The notes under the pieces are model-generated. The model saw only the letters and a program-made list of their open reading frames with translations. It made no database searches and was not told the origin of the DNA. 64,000 bases of DNA, taken from assembly GCF_001194135.2 (NCBI RefSeq), contig NC_069001.1, forward strand, positions 23,785,746 through 23,849,745. Reading direction: 5' to 3'. This document shows, one piece after another, positions 37,055 to 49,756 of this stretch (positions within the stretch are counted from its first letter, which is position 1; each line of letters starts with the position of its first letter). A program made the translations under genes and the position numbers. This DNA comes from Octopus bimaculoides (taxonomy: Eukaryota).

Positions 37055-37960
37055 AGTAATGTGAATGTAGATACAAATATGACCTATCAATGGCTACTTA
37101 AATTAGAAACAGAAGGTTTCATTATAGCAGCTCAAGATCAATGTTTGCCCACTGGAAATGACCAAGCAAGCATTTTTTAAAATAGTGCAGACTCTAACTG
37201 CTGCTTTTGAGGTGCAACCAGGCAAACATTTGACCACCTCATTTCTGCTTGCTCTATGCTAGACTCAAATGAATACAATATTCAACATAATAGATTTTGG
37301 TCAGTATATGCACTAGCTCATGGCTCATATGCTGTGACTCTGGAGTCCCATATGATAAGAACTGGTGGGAGCATAAACCTGCCAAAATAGTAAAAAATAA
37401 AGATATCACCATTCTTTGGGACTTTAGTATCCAAACTGATTGTGCTATACAAACCAACAGACCAGATATTGTGGTAAAAAAACATGTTGCCAAAACATAT
37501 CTGCTCATATATATATATGTCAATCCAAGCAGACTGCAACACTTCTGTAAAATTGTTGAAAGGCAAAGTTGACCCCAGTGGAATTTGGATTCAAAACATA
37601 AAGACAGGTGAAATACTGCTAACGATTTTGCCTGGATTGCTACAATTCTGCCAAATGGTTTAAAATGTCAGCACAAAGTCAGCAACTTCGGGGCAGTATT
37701 AGTCTATTACACTGGACCCAATGCTCAAGTTGTACTCATTTTATCACTCCCATGAAATAAAAGTTTCAAAAATGTGGCATCTAAGAATCACAACTCTACC
37801 TGTAATTATTGGAGCTTTGGTGTCAATACTAAAAGATGTTCTTAAATACTACAGCCAAATACAAGGAGATTCTAGGCGTCAGAACTACAAGACATTGTTG
37901 TCATGGGTACTGCCAACATCCCCCACCAAAAAACATTGTCAACTTGAAAACACTCAGTTC
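37055..37960 (+). mobile_element. R4/Dong-like (RLE) LINE 3' fragment, decayed, interrupted by SINE D pieces (about 37560-37745)
   Basis: LETEGFIIAAQDQ, DHLISACS, KNWWEHKP..ILWDFSIQTD..NRPDIVV, LPVIIGAL. Confidence 0.8.
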
Positions 37961-38517
37961 TCTTAAAACTCTGTCAAAACTGAAATATTACAAATTTAAA
38001 TGAATCTCAGATTCTGGCCTCCTTTATATACCACTTACAAGTCCCTTAACCCCTTGGGGGTCATTGGGGTGCTGCAGCCATGCAACATATTTTGGGCAAG
38101 ATAGTCTGGTGGAGCCCAGTTTAAATTCAGTACTACAGCTGAGTGGAATTGAAACCACACACTTACGATCACAAGTCCAACACCCTAACCACTAAGCCAT
38201 TGCTATATCACTTGCTAATCATAAATAACACCCATAGTAACATGTCTGACTTGTTGTTAGTTGAGGTCCCTGAGTAAAACTTGGAATAGCTTGTATAAAA
38301 CAAAGCAGCATCAACACAAATAATAATTGGTAAGATGAAGTAATTGTCAGTAATGTTTGTGTGTTGATGTAAATGTTTCATTAACTGATTGTAATTTGTG
38401 TCTATTGCTGTGTAGTTAATCATTTTTTTTGCAGGTAATACTGGTCTTTTAGTTGGTGTTGTATTGGGTTATACTGCCATTTGCTGTGGTGTTTGTAAAA
38501 GTGATATTTCTAGAGTT

Positions 38518-38712
38518 CATCATCATCATCATCGTTTAACGTCTGCTTTCCATGCTAGTTTCTACAGTTGGATGCCCTTCCTAACGCCAACCACTCAGAG
38601 AGTGTAGTGGGTGCTTTTATGTGCCACCGGCACAAGGGCCAGTCAGGCGGTACTGGCAACGGCCACGTTCAAAATGGTGTTTTTTACAGGCCACCTGCAC
38701 AGGAGCCAGTAG
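38518..38712 (-). mobile_element. SINE family B with internal deletion
   Basis: catcatcgtttaacgtctgctttccatgctag joined directly to tttctacagttggatgccc. Confidence 0.85.
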
Positions 38713-39220
38713 AGAAGTTTGAAATTGTGTTACTATTTCGAGTCTTGAGTGTGTGATTGTCGGTTTCTGTGTTTCGTTACCTAAGATGTTCATTTTTAAT
38801 TTTTTGCCAGATGCAAAGTTTTTCATTTTCTATATTTTCTCTTCCCTTCAACAAATATCCATTGTGGTGCATCTTTCAAAACAATTTCCTCACAAGGTGA
38901 ATTTTCAGTCAGAAAAATCTATGGTTGTGAGAAAGGGTTTGTTTGCATGCATCTGTATGCTTTTGCTTATGTTTATAGTTTGGTTGATTGGTGTGAGTGG
39001 AATCTCTTTGGGTTGGTGATGGTGTCTTTTATTCTTATTTCTCTTGTTGCTGTTTCTGTTTGGGGGTCTGCTACTGGTGGTGCTGCTGTTGTGGTGAAGG
39101 TGTTGGCAGTTTAGGAGTCTTCCTTCTTTTTTTGTAGTGAATGCAAAAATACATAGATGGTTTGCATCCCCACATCATCATCATCATCATTGTTTAACGT
39201 CTGCTACATGTGGACATGTA

Positions 39221-39961
39221 GCGGATCTTTTTTAAAACGGAGGCCACATTTTTTATTAACGAAACACTTTGAAACTTGGAACATTGGTAGAATGTGTCAT
39301 ATAAAACATCTTNNNNNNNNNNNNNNNNNNNNNNNNNNNNNNNNNNNNNNNNNNNNNNNNNNNNNNNNNNNNNNNNNNNNNNNNNNNNNNNNNNNNNNNN
39401 NNNNNNNNNNNNNNNNNNNNNNNNNNNNNNNNNNNNNNNNNNNNNNNNNNNNNNNNNNNNNNNNNNNNNNNNNNNNNNNNNNNNNNNNNNNNNNNNNNNN
39501 NNNNNNNNNNNNNNNNNNNNNNNNNNNNNNNNNNNNNNNNNNNNNNNNNNNNNNNNNNNNNNNNNNNNNNNNNNNNNNNNNNNNNNNNNNNNNNNNNNNN
39601 NNNNNNNNNNNNNNNNNNNNNNNNNNNNNNNNNNNNNNNNNNNNNNNNNNNNNNNNNNNNNNNNNNNNNNNNNNNATTTAAAATGAAAAAAGCAAATAAA
39701 ACGAAGGTATGGAGATTAAATACGCTTTACATCGCTTAATCAGCCAAAGGAGTAAAAGTAAACAGCTGAATACTTGTCAGTGATTGGTTGAAATTATTGA
39801 AATAAGACAATTTTTTACATGAAATAAATTCGAATACAAAAATATTTTTCTGTTCTATAACACAAAATAGATAAGTATACAAAGTTTGAAAGTCTTTCCG
39901 TACCAAAAACACTACGTAAAACATTAATGAAAAATGTGGCCCCTGTTTTAAAATAGATCCC
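39221..39961. mobile_element. TIR MITE or DNA transposon (contains gap 39313-39675) nested in a SINE B
   Basis: Left ggatcttttttaaaacggaggccacattttt matches the reverse complement of right aaaaatgtggcccctgttttaaaatagatcc. Confidence 0.7.
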
Positions 39962-40910
39962 ATGTAGCTGGCTAGCAGGGAGCTGTCCAATCTCCAACTC
40001 TGTTGTGGCATGGTTTCTATTGGATGCCCTTCGTAATGCCAACCACTTAACATAATGTGCTGGGTGCTAAGTGGTTGGCATTAGGAAAGGCATCCAGCCG
40101 TAGAAACTATTCCATGAAATTTCAACCTTCTGTCCTAAAGTACTTGCAAAACTGAAAACCATTTGGGATGGCCTCTGTGACACTTGTGTTTGGAGTAATA
40201 GTTCCATCCCTGTGCCTGAAAATTTTTCCTTTCCCAGTCTGTGGATTTCCAGAAGATTTCATTAATTTTCTGTGTCGTATGTTACACCTGCCAAAAGCAA
40301 AAAGGTATTTACTTCAGGTGGTATCTCAGCTGCTTTCACATTTCTAACTCTCTGATCAAAGTATGTATAAATCAAGTGGAGTTCATGTAATTTAATGTTG
40401 TCAAATATTCGTTTGTGTGTTTAGTTTGAAACCTTTTCTCAAATGATTCAAAATAGCACCAGCTTTTGAGCTCCAGGTTGGTTTAAGGCACTTTTCAATC
40501 TGGTCCTGCATTGCTCACTCAGGTCGCCTTATTTTTTGTCCAATACATTTGGGTTCCCTTTAGAATTTGTTGTGAGGTGTAGATATCATTTGCCATCCAC
40601 ATTAAAATGTGTTTTGCATTTCTTAATTCGTATCCTGATAAACTGACTCTAGTTTTCTGCATACATCTGCAAACCTGTTTCCACTTTGTATGCAAGCCTT
40701 GGTGTTTGCAGTCTTTATTGTATTAAAGTTTGTGCTGGTGGAGAAGGTCATGTTTGTTTCAATGACTTTTGTCATGCTTGTCACTATTGTTGTTGTTGTC
40801 ATTGCTATTGTTAATTATGCATTCTCTGTTAACGGTAACACGGAGTGGTGAGAAACTGCTTCATAACGGCTATTCCAAAAGCCATCTCTTTCTTTGATTT
40901 GAAAAACTAT

Positions 40911-41197
40911 TTTATTCTTTCACTTGTTTCAGTTACTTGACTGAGACCATGCTGGGGCACCATCTTAAAGGGTTTTAGTAGAGGAAACCAACCCCAGGAC
41001 TTATTCCATCAGTCTCTTTTGCTCAACTGCTAAGTTACGGGGGACAAACACACAAACACAGACATGACGGGCTTCTTTCAGTTTCTGTCTAACAAATCTA
41101 CTCACAATAGTGGAAGGCACTTGCCCTAGGTGCCATGCAGTGGGATTGAATCTGGAACCTTGTGGTTGGGAAGCGAGCTTCTTACCACACAGCCATG
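40911..41197 (-). mobile_element. SINE family A with deletions
   Basis: ccatgctggggcacc, gacgggcttctttcagtttc, cttcttaccacacagccatg. Confidence 0.85.
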
Positions 41198-41356
41198 ACA
41201 GCACATATTGTTTTTAAAAACAAGCATGTACATGAACTTCTTAAAGTTCCAAACTTCACCTCAATTGCATGAATATTTCACAAAACCAACTAACTAGAGA
41301 AGATGCTAGATGCCTTAATAACAAAGTGGTACATAAATTAAAATTAATGTTTAAAA

Positions 41357-41455
41357 NNNNNNNNNNNNNNNNNNNNNNNNNNNNNNNNNNNNNNNNNNNN
41401 NNNNNNNNNNNNNNNNNNNNNNNNNNNNNNNNNNNNNNNNNNNNNNNNNNNNNNN
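41357..41455. other. assembly gap
   Basis: N run. Confidence 1.
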
Positions 41456-43159
41456 CAGCATATGTAATTTAAAGGATTTAAGTAAAGTTCTAGATAACTC
41501 AATATCTCACCCACAAGTAAGTGGAAAAGATAGAATGGAAAAATATATTCATGGCCCTCCATAACCAGCCCAGCATATATTCTACTCACTTTATACTACC
41601 ATACATAGACAATACAGCCAGCAAATATATGAATAATTGAAAACATTACACGACAAGTAATAGGTATAAGGATGTTGGGTACCCATCTACTATAATACAC
41701 AAACAGGCATGCCAAAACAGTAACATCAATCTTGACCACATTAGATAGAACACTGGCTCAAGACAAGATCGGATTTCAGTTTCCAAACAGCCTCTGCTTG
41801 AACTCTGACAAACAACTGTATTCAGTTTGCTTTGAAACTGGCCAAATGGACAGAACCTAAAGAAGCAGAACAGAAAATCATGCCCAGTTGCATGTGCAAC
41901 TGCCTGTACTTTGTGCTGTGGAAACACGTATAGGTTGTAAGAACCATTAAAATATGCTGTATGTAATTATAAAATTAGAGGAAACAAATCTTGAGGTTGA
42001 ACAAGTCTCCATATTCTACATCATTATAATTATTGCTTATATATCTATAATATAAATCCCATTCTATGTGTGTGTGTATGTGTAAAAGATTATAATGGCC
42101 ATATTTTTCAACTGATTTTCTCCAAACTGACAACATACATTACTTATGTTCCAGAGATGGTTTTAGACTCTTAAAATTTTTCACATAATGTGTAACGGGC
42201 TCCCTGGGGGAAGAAAACAACCTGCTTTTTGGTTATGAAATAAACTACACAAAACATGTTTTTGAATTACGTGTATTTACTTAATATACATTGAAAACTT
42301 TCGTTTAACATTTTACATAATGTCTATGTTCCATACTGGCAAGAGTTGGGTAGTTATTAATGTAGAAAGTTGGTATCTCAGCTACTCGCAGTTGAGACCT
42401 GCATAATCTAGATGGCATTTTAAAATTTCATTATTCTCTTTAACCCAAGCAACACAAGGTATTTCTGTTGGTATGTATGTATACGCACACGCACACACGC
42501 ACGCACACACACACACACATACACACACACACACACACGCACATATTGAGATATAAGAAGTTTGTTGGAATAGGATTAATTCAGAGTTGAACAATAGCTT
42601 TTATTCTGTTTACTTCTTATTGCTTAAAATATATTTTCAATGTTTGCTGATCAAAAGATATCTTGATATTGTGTTGCAGAACACAAAAGTTCTCAAGAGT
42701 CTCATGTTCAGAACCTCTTGGGTGAGGGCTTACTCCATCAGAAAATGACATGAGATCTTGGTAGGCTAATCTCTCAGCCCATCATTTCTGTGCTTGGAGG
42801 ACGACAGAGTGAATCTCCTAAAAGATACACATACACTTTTGTTTATTGAGATGGAGGAATATTTTTGGCAGACTTTTTCTTCAGCAAGCTTCTTCACCAA
42901 AAGTTACAAATCTTGAACAAAGTTAACACAGTATCTTACCCACAGACATAATAGTGAAATGCACTCAGGTAATTTGATCTCCAGTCACATGGGCTTGTAA
43001 GCCTTAGTGTGTTCATCCATTTAGTGACGTTTAAATTCTTACATTATAGCAGGGAAAGTATGAATACTTAGTTAAAGGAAGAATGATATTAGCCATGTCC
43101 TTTGTTGATAAGACAAAGAATAATCTTCTTGCCTACAGACTTAGTCTGAAGGCATCACG

Positions 43160-43490
43160 ACAATTACCCCTCTAGGACAATTCCCCCCGACAACAATTAC
43201 CCCCTCTCCAATATATAAAATCAGTGGAATCATTCGATCTCCATACACAAATTATTTTCCTCCTGAAACTTATAAAAAATACACATATTAGGTGCACCTT
43301 TCTCTAAGCCACACACTAAATTTCCCAGGTAAAAAATAATGGCTTATACACCGGAAAATACAGAACAAATCAAGGGTTAACTGCTTAGGGGTAATTGTCC
43401 CACCGGGTAGTTGTCCTAGGGGGTTGTTGTCCTTGCGTGTAATTGTCCTTGGGGTGGGGGTTATTGTCCATGGGGTTTAAATGTCCTAAA
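43160..43490. mobile_element. MITE with inverted arrays of sub-terminal repeats (GACAATTACCCC / GGGGTAATTGTC)
   Basis: Three left-facing copies at about 43160-43205 and about six right-facing copies at about 43388-43490. Confidence 0.55.
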
Positions 43491-44304
43491 TTCAGTCTGA
43501 ATGCTTCCAACAGAGTGAATACTGCTAAAGTCACCTAAGTTCCAATGGGTGCTGTTAAATCAGTGATGGTAAAGGTAAGGTTACCTTCTTGAGGTTTGGT
43601 CAAGAACACAATTGTCCGGTCCAGGTATCGAAACCACAATCTTACGATCGTGAGTCCAACACCCTAACCACTAAGCCATGCGCATCTACATTAAGCTGGT
43701 GATGGGCAAAGTTTATCACACAAACACAAATACAGTCCAATCTGCCAACCTTCCATACAGTTTTCAAAACTCAAATTCCACTTACAAGGTGTTGACTGAC
43801 TTGGGGCTACAGTAAGAATTGTTGACCAAGGTACCTTGTTGTTAGAAAGAGATTTGAACTATAAATTTACTGAGCAAAATCTTTAACTGCACTATCGTCC
43901 TGTCTGTACCAATTATTTCTCAGTTAAGCCAACGAAAAGAGACCGATTATTTTAGTAGAGATTTGAACTATGTCCCATGAGGTCTACACTTAGAACATCA
44001 TATACTTGGCAACAACACATCTCTTTACACCATAGCAAGGAGAATATAAAAACATAATTATTTCTTACTAAAGCAATTATTTTCGGCCAATTATTTTAGT
44101 AGAGAAATAAAGTCAATGCAATCTTCATTTCTCTGGTGGCTTACTACTTCTAAATGGAGGCATGAAAGGTGAGGTAGATGTCGGTGGGAGTAATTAAAAT
44201 CACATCTATCGCTATGCAGCGAAACAGAATATTTTGTTGTAATACATTAAATCAGGCACTCAACTATTTCCATTATATTTATGCTCTAATAGTAATAACA
44301 ATCC

Positions 44305-44610
44305 TTTTTATTGGTCACAATAGACCATACATACAATACAAAATGTGTCATTAAAAAAGGGTTACTATACGTGTGGGAATGCACATCTATTTGATAAGAG
44401 TGCTGGTAGTGGGGAACAAAATGTATTAGAATATATTAAAACAGGTTAAAATGTCTGCACAAAACAAATGCATTTAAATACAAATAAGAGCAAGCAACCC
44501 AACCGAAGGTGAAAACCCACCAACCAACCAACCAACTAGAATCCGGCTAATTCCCTACTCGGAATAGACAGCTCCTTTCAGTTTTCGTAAACCGTGCCCT
44601 CCAAAATTTT
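44305..44610 (-). mobile_element. LINE 3' UTR remnant (Tx1-like)
   Basis: Reverse strand ends ctattgtgaccaataaaaagga, the same terminal motif as at about 2770. Confidence 0.4.
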
Positions 44611-44667
44611 CTTGTTAATGTTTACGGCTTTAGCCAAGAAATAATAATCATAAAAAAAAAGAATAAA

Positions 44668-44878
44668 ATAATCCTTTCTACTACAGGTACAAAGCTTGAA
44701 ATTTGGGAAGGGGGATAATCAATTACATCAACCCTAGTACCTGATTGGATTTTTTAATTGACCCCAGGGTGAATAGCAAAGTCAACCTTGATGGAATTTG
44801 AACACAGAACATGGAGACAGACGAAATGCCACTAAGCATTTTGCCAGGTGTGCTAACGATTCTGCTAGCTCACCACCT
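44668..44878 (-). mobile_element. SINE family D
   Basis: cctttctactacaggtacaaagc, caaagtcaacc, gtgctaacgattctgctagctcacc. Confidence 0.85.
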
Positions 44879-44949
44879 TAATAAATAATAATAATGATGA
44901 TAATAATATCAGAAGGGAATTGATCAGTGTGGAGATCTGTGTGAACATC

Positions 44950-45700
44950 TCACATTCCTGAAATGCAGTGGCACACAGACAATGCAGCCGAAGCCCTGCA
45001 AATATTCAAACAAAACATCATGTACTATTATGAAGATGAGGAAATTACAGAACCAAGGAAAATAGAATTAAAAATATTAAGAGGTATTGGAAATGAAGGA
45101 CTCAAACGTCTGAATGCATCTAGCTTATCAGGTGCTGACAAGAAACACCCCAAAAACTGTGGGAATTGTTTGAAGCACAAGTCAAGACAAACATCAATTT
45201 CAGAATACATCGCCTTAAACTGATGGAATGTAGACAGCAGTAGGATGAGACAATTGATTTTGTCACAAGAGTCCAAACAATAGCAAAAAAAAAAAAATGT
45301 GAGTTTAAAGAAAAAGAACTTGAACAAAGATCATTCAATTATTGATCGCTTCAACTCCCATTGAAGCCTTCCAAAAAAAGCTGCTTGGAAAGGAGAAAAA
45401 CTACAAACTTGAAGATGTCCAAACAGAGGGTAGAAAATTTGAAGCTATTCTTGCAGGAAGAAGTCAGATACAACAGCTTGCAAGTGCAGAACCATGCAAT
45501 GTAGATGCTGTCAAGCATTCATGTGGAAATTGTGGACGAATGCACCCACCAAGAAAGTGCCCAGCATACAATGATTCTTGCAACTTCTGCAACAAAAAGG
45601 GACACTGGAAAAATTCTGTCATCAAGGGAACAAACAAGATAGAACAAGACATAAAAATGGTGATGGAAAAAGAGCACACAAAAAATTCCATGATATAGAA
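44950..45700 (+). pseudogene. Gypsy gag (frameshifted) with Cys/His knuckles
   Basis: MQWHTDNAAEALQIFKQ..ILRGIGNEGLKRLN; CGNCGRMHPPRKCPAYNDSCNFCNKKGHW. Confidence 0.85.
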
Positions 45701-45759
45701 TCAAGCAACAAGGCTCCTACTAACTCAAAAGAAGAGAACTGTGATTCCTACCACTGCAT

Positions 45760-48525
45760 ACAAATTTCAAGCATGCAAAATGAAGCATTTGCAACATTGA
45801 ATGTCATATATTCACTGAAAGAAAAGGTACAACAAATAAAATTAAAGATTGACACGGGAGCAGCAGGCAACAGATTGCCAATGCGTACATATTGCCACAT
45901 GTACAAATCAACTCCAACTGCAGTCATACTAAAACCAGAGAACATTCATCTGATGGCATACAATGGCCAAGAAACCAAATGCTTGGGATCAATCCATTTT
46001 CAGCTTTGCTCAAATGGCAGCGAATTCCATGATGTCAAATTCTATGTGGTAGAGGTGGATGGACCACCAATCATTGGATTACCAACATGTGAGGCAATGA
46101 AATTAATCACAATACAACTGTGATCACATCATGGATTTAACTCCTGATATCACAACAATCAAAGGCCCGAAAGAAACATATCTAAATCTTTTCGACAGCT
46201 CAGGCAACTTCAAAGAACCCACACAACTATACATAAAAGCAGGTTCAGAACGCTTCATTGACCCACTTTGAAAATCTTCAGCTTACCTCAAAAATAAGCT
46301 CAAGTTTGAATTCCAGAAGATGGAAGAAATGAGGATCATCAAGCCTGTGAAGCAACATACAAATTGGTGTTCAAGCATGGCATATTCCGTAAAAAAAAAG
46401 ATGGATCACGTCACATCTGCATCGACCCACAAAAACTTAAGCAAGCACTGAAACGATGCTCCCCCACACAAAATCCCTGCGGTGGAAGAGTTGAACCCTC
46501 AGTTTTTCAGTTCTAATGTCTTCAGCAAACTAGATGCAAAACCAAGATACTGGTCTGTTCATCTGGGTGACAAAAGCCAGCTACTCACAACCTTCAGGAC
46601 CCTATTTGGAAAATATTGTTAGATTAGGTTGCCATTTGGTCTAAAGGTATCTCAAAAAATCTTTCAAGCAAGAATGGATGAAATCATTGAAGAATTCCCA
46701 GGGGTTGTTGGAATAACTGATGACATTGCTGTCCATGGCAAAGACGAAGAAGAGCATGACAGAAATCTACAAGGACTCATGGAAAAAGCAAAGGAATCTG
46801 GATTGGTATTCAACTCAGACATTCATCAACATTCATCATTCCACATTCATCAACCCGAAATCTCTTTCTTTGGAAATATTTATTCCAAAGATGGCATCAG
46901 GCCAGACCCAGAAAATGTTCGTGACATTCGAAACATGCCTGTTCCAGAAAACAAGGAAGAGCTGCAGACATTCTTGGGAACTTTGAATTACCTTGTAACA
47001 TTCATTCCAAACTTCAGCATGGAAGCACAACCATTAAGGGCCCTCCTCAAGCAAAATATACCATTTGAGATGTCTGAAGACCACATACACTGCTTTGGAA
47101 ATCTTAAATCAACCATTTCAGAGAAATCAAACCTCAAGTCCTTTGACTCAAAGAAACCAAAAGGACAGCTCTTTGAAAGGACTTGGAGCAGCTATCATAC
47201 AAGATGGCAAACCTGTGGCGTTTGCATCAAAAGCGCTTGACAAAACTCAGTCAAACTACCCATACATCGATTGCAAAATGCTGGCTGTGGTATTCGGAAT
47301 CACTCTTTTCTGCACATACCTTTACGGACATTTCTTTGAAGTCATCACAAACCACAAACCCCTGGAGGTGATTGCAGAAAAACCTCTTCTTTGAGCACTA
47401 CCCCAACTACAAACGATGCTCCAGAAAATTCAGGGATATGATTTCAAAATCAAATACTGCCCAGGGCATACCATGACATTGGCTGACACTCTCTCTCGTC
47501 TCCCAAGCTGTGAAGACAATGAAGACATTGACCTGGACTTGAGAGTGGATGTGATTGAATTTACTGCAGGAGAAATCCACCAATCTGAATTTGACCTTGT
47601 CAATTTTTCCATCAACAAATGTTACCAGCTGTGTGAGTTCAACATCAGAGATTCTACTTTGGCTACACTGATAGAAACAATTACCTATGGGTAGCTAGAC
47701 AACATCAAACAAGTCCCAGGTGATATAAAGACATATTGGTCTTTTTGAGATGAATTGGCTGTAGGAGATGGAATCATCTTCAAAAGGACACAAGTGTTGA
47801 TACCTCCTCCTCTACAACATGACATTCTAGTATATCTCCATACCTCTCATTAAGGGACAGAAAAGACCAAACTTCACACTTGTGAAGACGTCTATTGGTC
47901 ATACATCAGCAAAGACATCAAAGAAATGTGTAGATCCTGTCAAATATGCCAAGAATTTGCAACTTCCAACAACAGAGAGCTACTGATACCTCATGACATT
48001 TCCAGTACACTATGGAAAAAACTAGGAACAGATCTATTTGAAATCAACGGCAAAACTTATCTGCTCATTTGTGACTACTTCTCCAAATTTCCAATTGTGA
48101 CTTACCTCAGCCAAACCGCAAGCAAAGCAGTCACAGAGGAATTCAAAAAGATTGTGTCTCTCTTTGGCAAACCTGATGAAATTTTCAGTGACAATGGTCC
48201 TCAATATACCAGTAAACCATTTCAACAATTCGCACAAGAATGGGGAATTCAACATACTACATCATCACCAAGGTACCCCCAATCAAACAGATTCATAGAG
48301 AGACAGGTACAGACAATTAAAAAGACAATCCAAAAATGTGAACAAAGTAAAGAAGACATAAACAGTGCATTGATGAATCTAAGAGCCACACCATTAAAGA
48401 TGCCATCACCCGCTGAGATCCTATTGAGCAGACCAATCACAACGCTTGTGCCATTACGCTGGAGCTATTCTTATAAAACTCAAAGACTAAGAAAACTCCT
48501 CAAAAAAAAAAGAAAATACAAATGA
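45760..48525 (+). pseudogene. Gypsy pol (protease, RT, RNase H, integrase) with many stops and frameshifts
   Basis: LKIDTGA (PR); CIDPQKL, FSKLDAK, LPFGLKVS, GITDDIAV (RT); GLGAAIIQDGKPVAFASKAL, TNHKPL, ADTLSR (RH); CRSCQIC, GTDLF, SDNGPQY, SNRFIERQV (IN, D35E). Confidence 0.92.
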
Positions 48526-49166
48526 AAACTGCATATGACCAGCATGCAAAGATGGAATAAGCTCCATTGCACACTGGACAACCTGTGCGAACCCTTGATA
48601 AAAACAACAAATGTTGGATGCCTGGAGAAATAGCAAGACAATGTGAAGAACCGAGGTCTTACATTGTGAAAACAACACATGGCGATTTGCAGAGAAAGAG
48701 AAGGGAAATGAGAAATAGTGGTATTGGCATAGACAAACAGTATGGACAGACCACTCAGATGGAAACGTCTGCCAGTTTGCCCAACACTATGGGGACAGAC
48801 AACTGCTCAACAGACCCTACAAACTCCAGGAATCAGGTTACAGATCCTACAAATTCCATGGAACATGTTATTCAACTTGACTCAAGGAAAGAAATCACAA
48901 ATGCTCCTCCTGATAACAATGCAAAAACACAAAATAATGGCCAGATGCATGAGAAGTGCTCAATGCCAACCCCACAAAAAATCACAAGTGAAAAAACCAA
49001 AGTGCTACAAAAACTTTGTACCATAAAACTGTTCTTGTTATTTGAAGTGCATGTTGCATATTGCTCTTGCAACAAAACAGTTTTTTTTCTTTCTTTGGGG
49101 GAGAAAAAAACCTATTTTCATTTGTCAGTTTTATTAGTCTGTGAGTTGCTTAAAGAAAAGAGAGAA

Positions 49167-49521
49167 TGTTGTTATGACACGAAACTAAATGCACTTAATT
49201 TCACATTGTTAAATATGTTTTCGCGGATAAAAGGTGGTCAGCTCAGTGGCTAATGGGGATGGAAGTCGAATAGACACCCAACCACTTTGCATTGCATTAT
49301 TGGAGTGCCTGTTACAATGTTATAAATCGCAATTTGTTCCCAGAAAAATATTTTATCTAAAACTTTATGATACTCATAAATAAATGGCAATAAAATTACA
49401 ATAAAATGTAAAGAATATTTTATGAAAGTAAAAAGAATGTCAAGATCATTTGTAATAAAAAATATTGCTATTATAATCGTTTTCTGAACCACTTTTACTC
49501 GCACTAGACCTGCTCACACCA
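49167..49521 (+). repeat. putative 3' LTR (about 355 bp)
   Basis: Starts TGTTGT right after the PPT and ends ACACCA; the right end is inferred because there is no partner LTR to confirm it. Confidence 0.55.
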
Positions 49522-49529
49522 TTACTTGC

Positions 49530-49756
49530 AGATGCGATCGTTGATTCACATGCACTCGTAGATGAACTTGTAGATTCCTTTTCAAAAAACAAGTCTAGTG
49601 TTGTTTGCTTAGAAGCTTATTTTTGCTCTTTGTAAATTTCTTGGTAACACGCAGAAGCATTTGTTGTGGTAGCAGAGACTTTTGCCCTTCATTCAAAATT
49701 TGGATCTTGGGCTTGAAAAATAAAACTGTGATCTCATAAAGTGAGGTATTACTGTA
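49530..49756 (-). mobile_element. Tigger/pogo-like fragment
   Basis: TA-CAGTAATACCTC terminus, then QDPNFE*RAKV..ACYQEIYKE / KQTTLDLFFEK, resembling the Tigger C-terminus. Confidence 0.55.

Larger units (their letters stand above)
44907..49521 (+). mobile_element. Ty3/Gypsy LTR retrotransposon, near-complete internal region plus 3' LTR, no 5' LTR, inactive
   Basis: Domain order gag-PR-RT-RH-IN; PBS-like tatcagaag at 44907-44915; PPT aaagaaaagagagaa at 49152-49166 followed by TG. Confidence 0.92.

Noticed and set aside
38435-38520. TM-like peptide GLLVGVVLGYTAICCGVC after tttttgcag
   Set aside because: GT-rich sequence naturally encodes V/G/L/C, there is no convincing donor, and it runs into a SINE
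40110-40870. Possible LINE ORF1/ORF2 remnant on the minus strand (also 38710-39130)
   Set aside because: Purine-rich minus strand is suggestive, but I could not recover a diagnostic motif
41646-41927. 93-aa minus-strand ORF in non-repeat DNA (FCPFGQFQ..C)
   Set aside because: Only a partial Cys pattern with no recognisable domain; left unassigned
42040-42330. Helitron-like start (tctataatataaa followed by a TG repeat)
   Set aside because: No 3' hairpin or CTAG end identified
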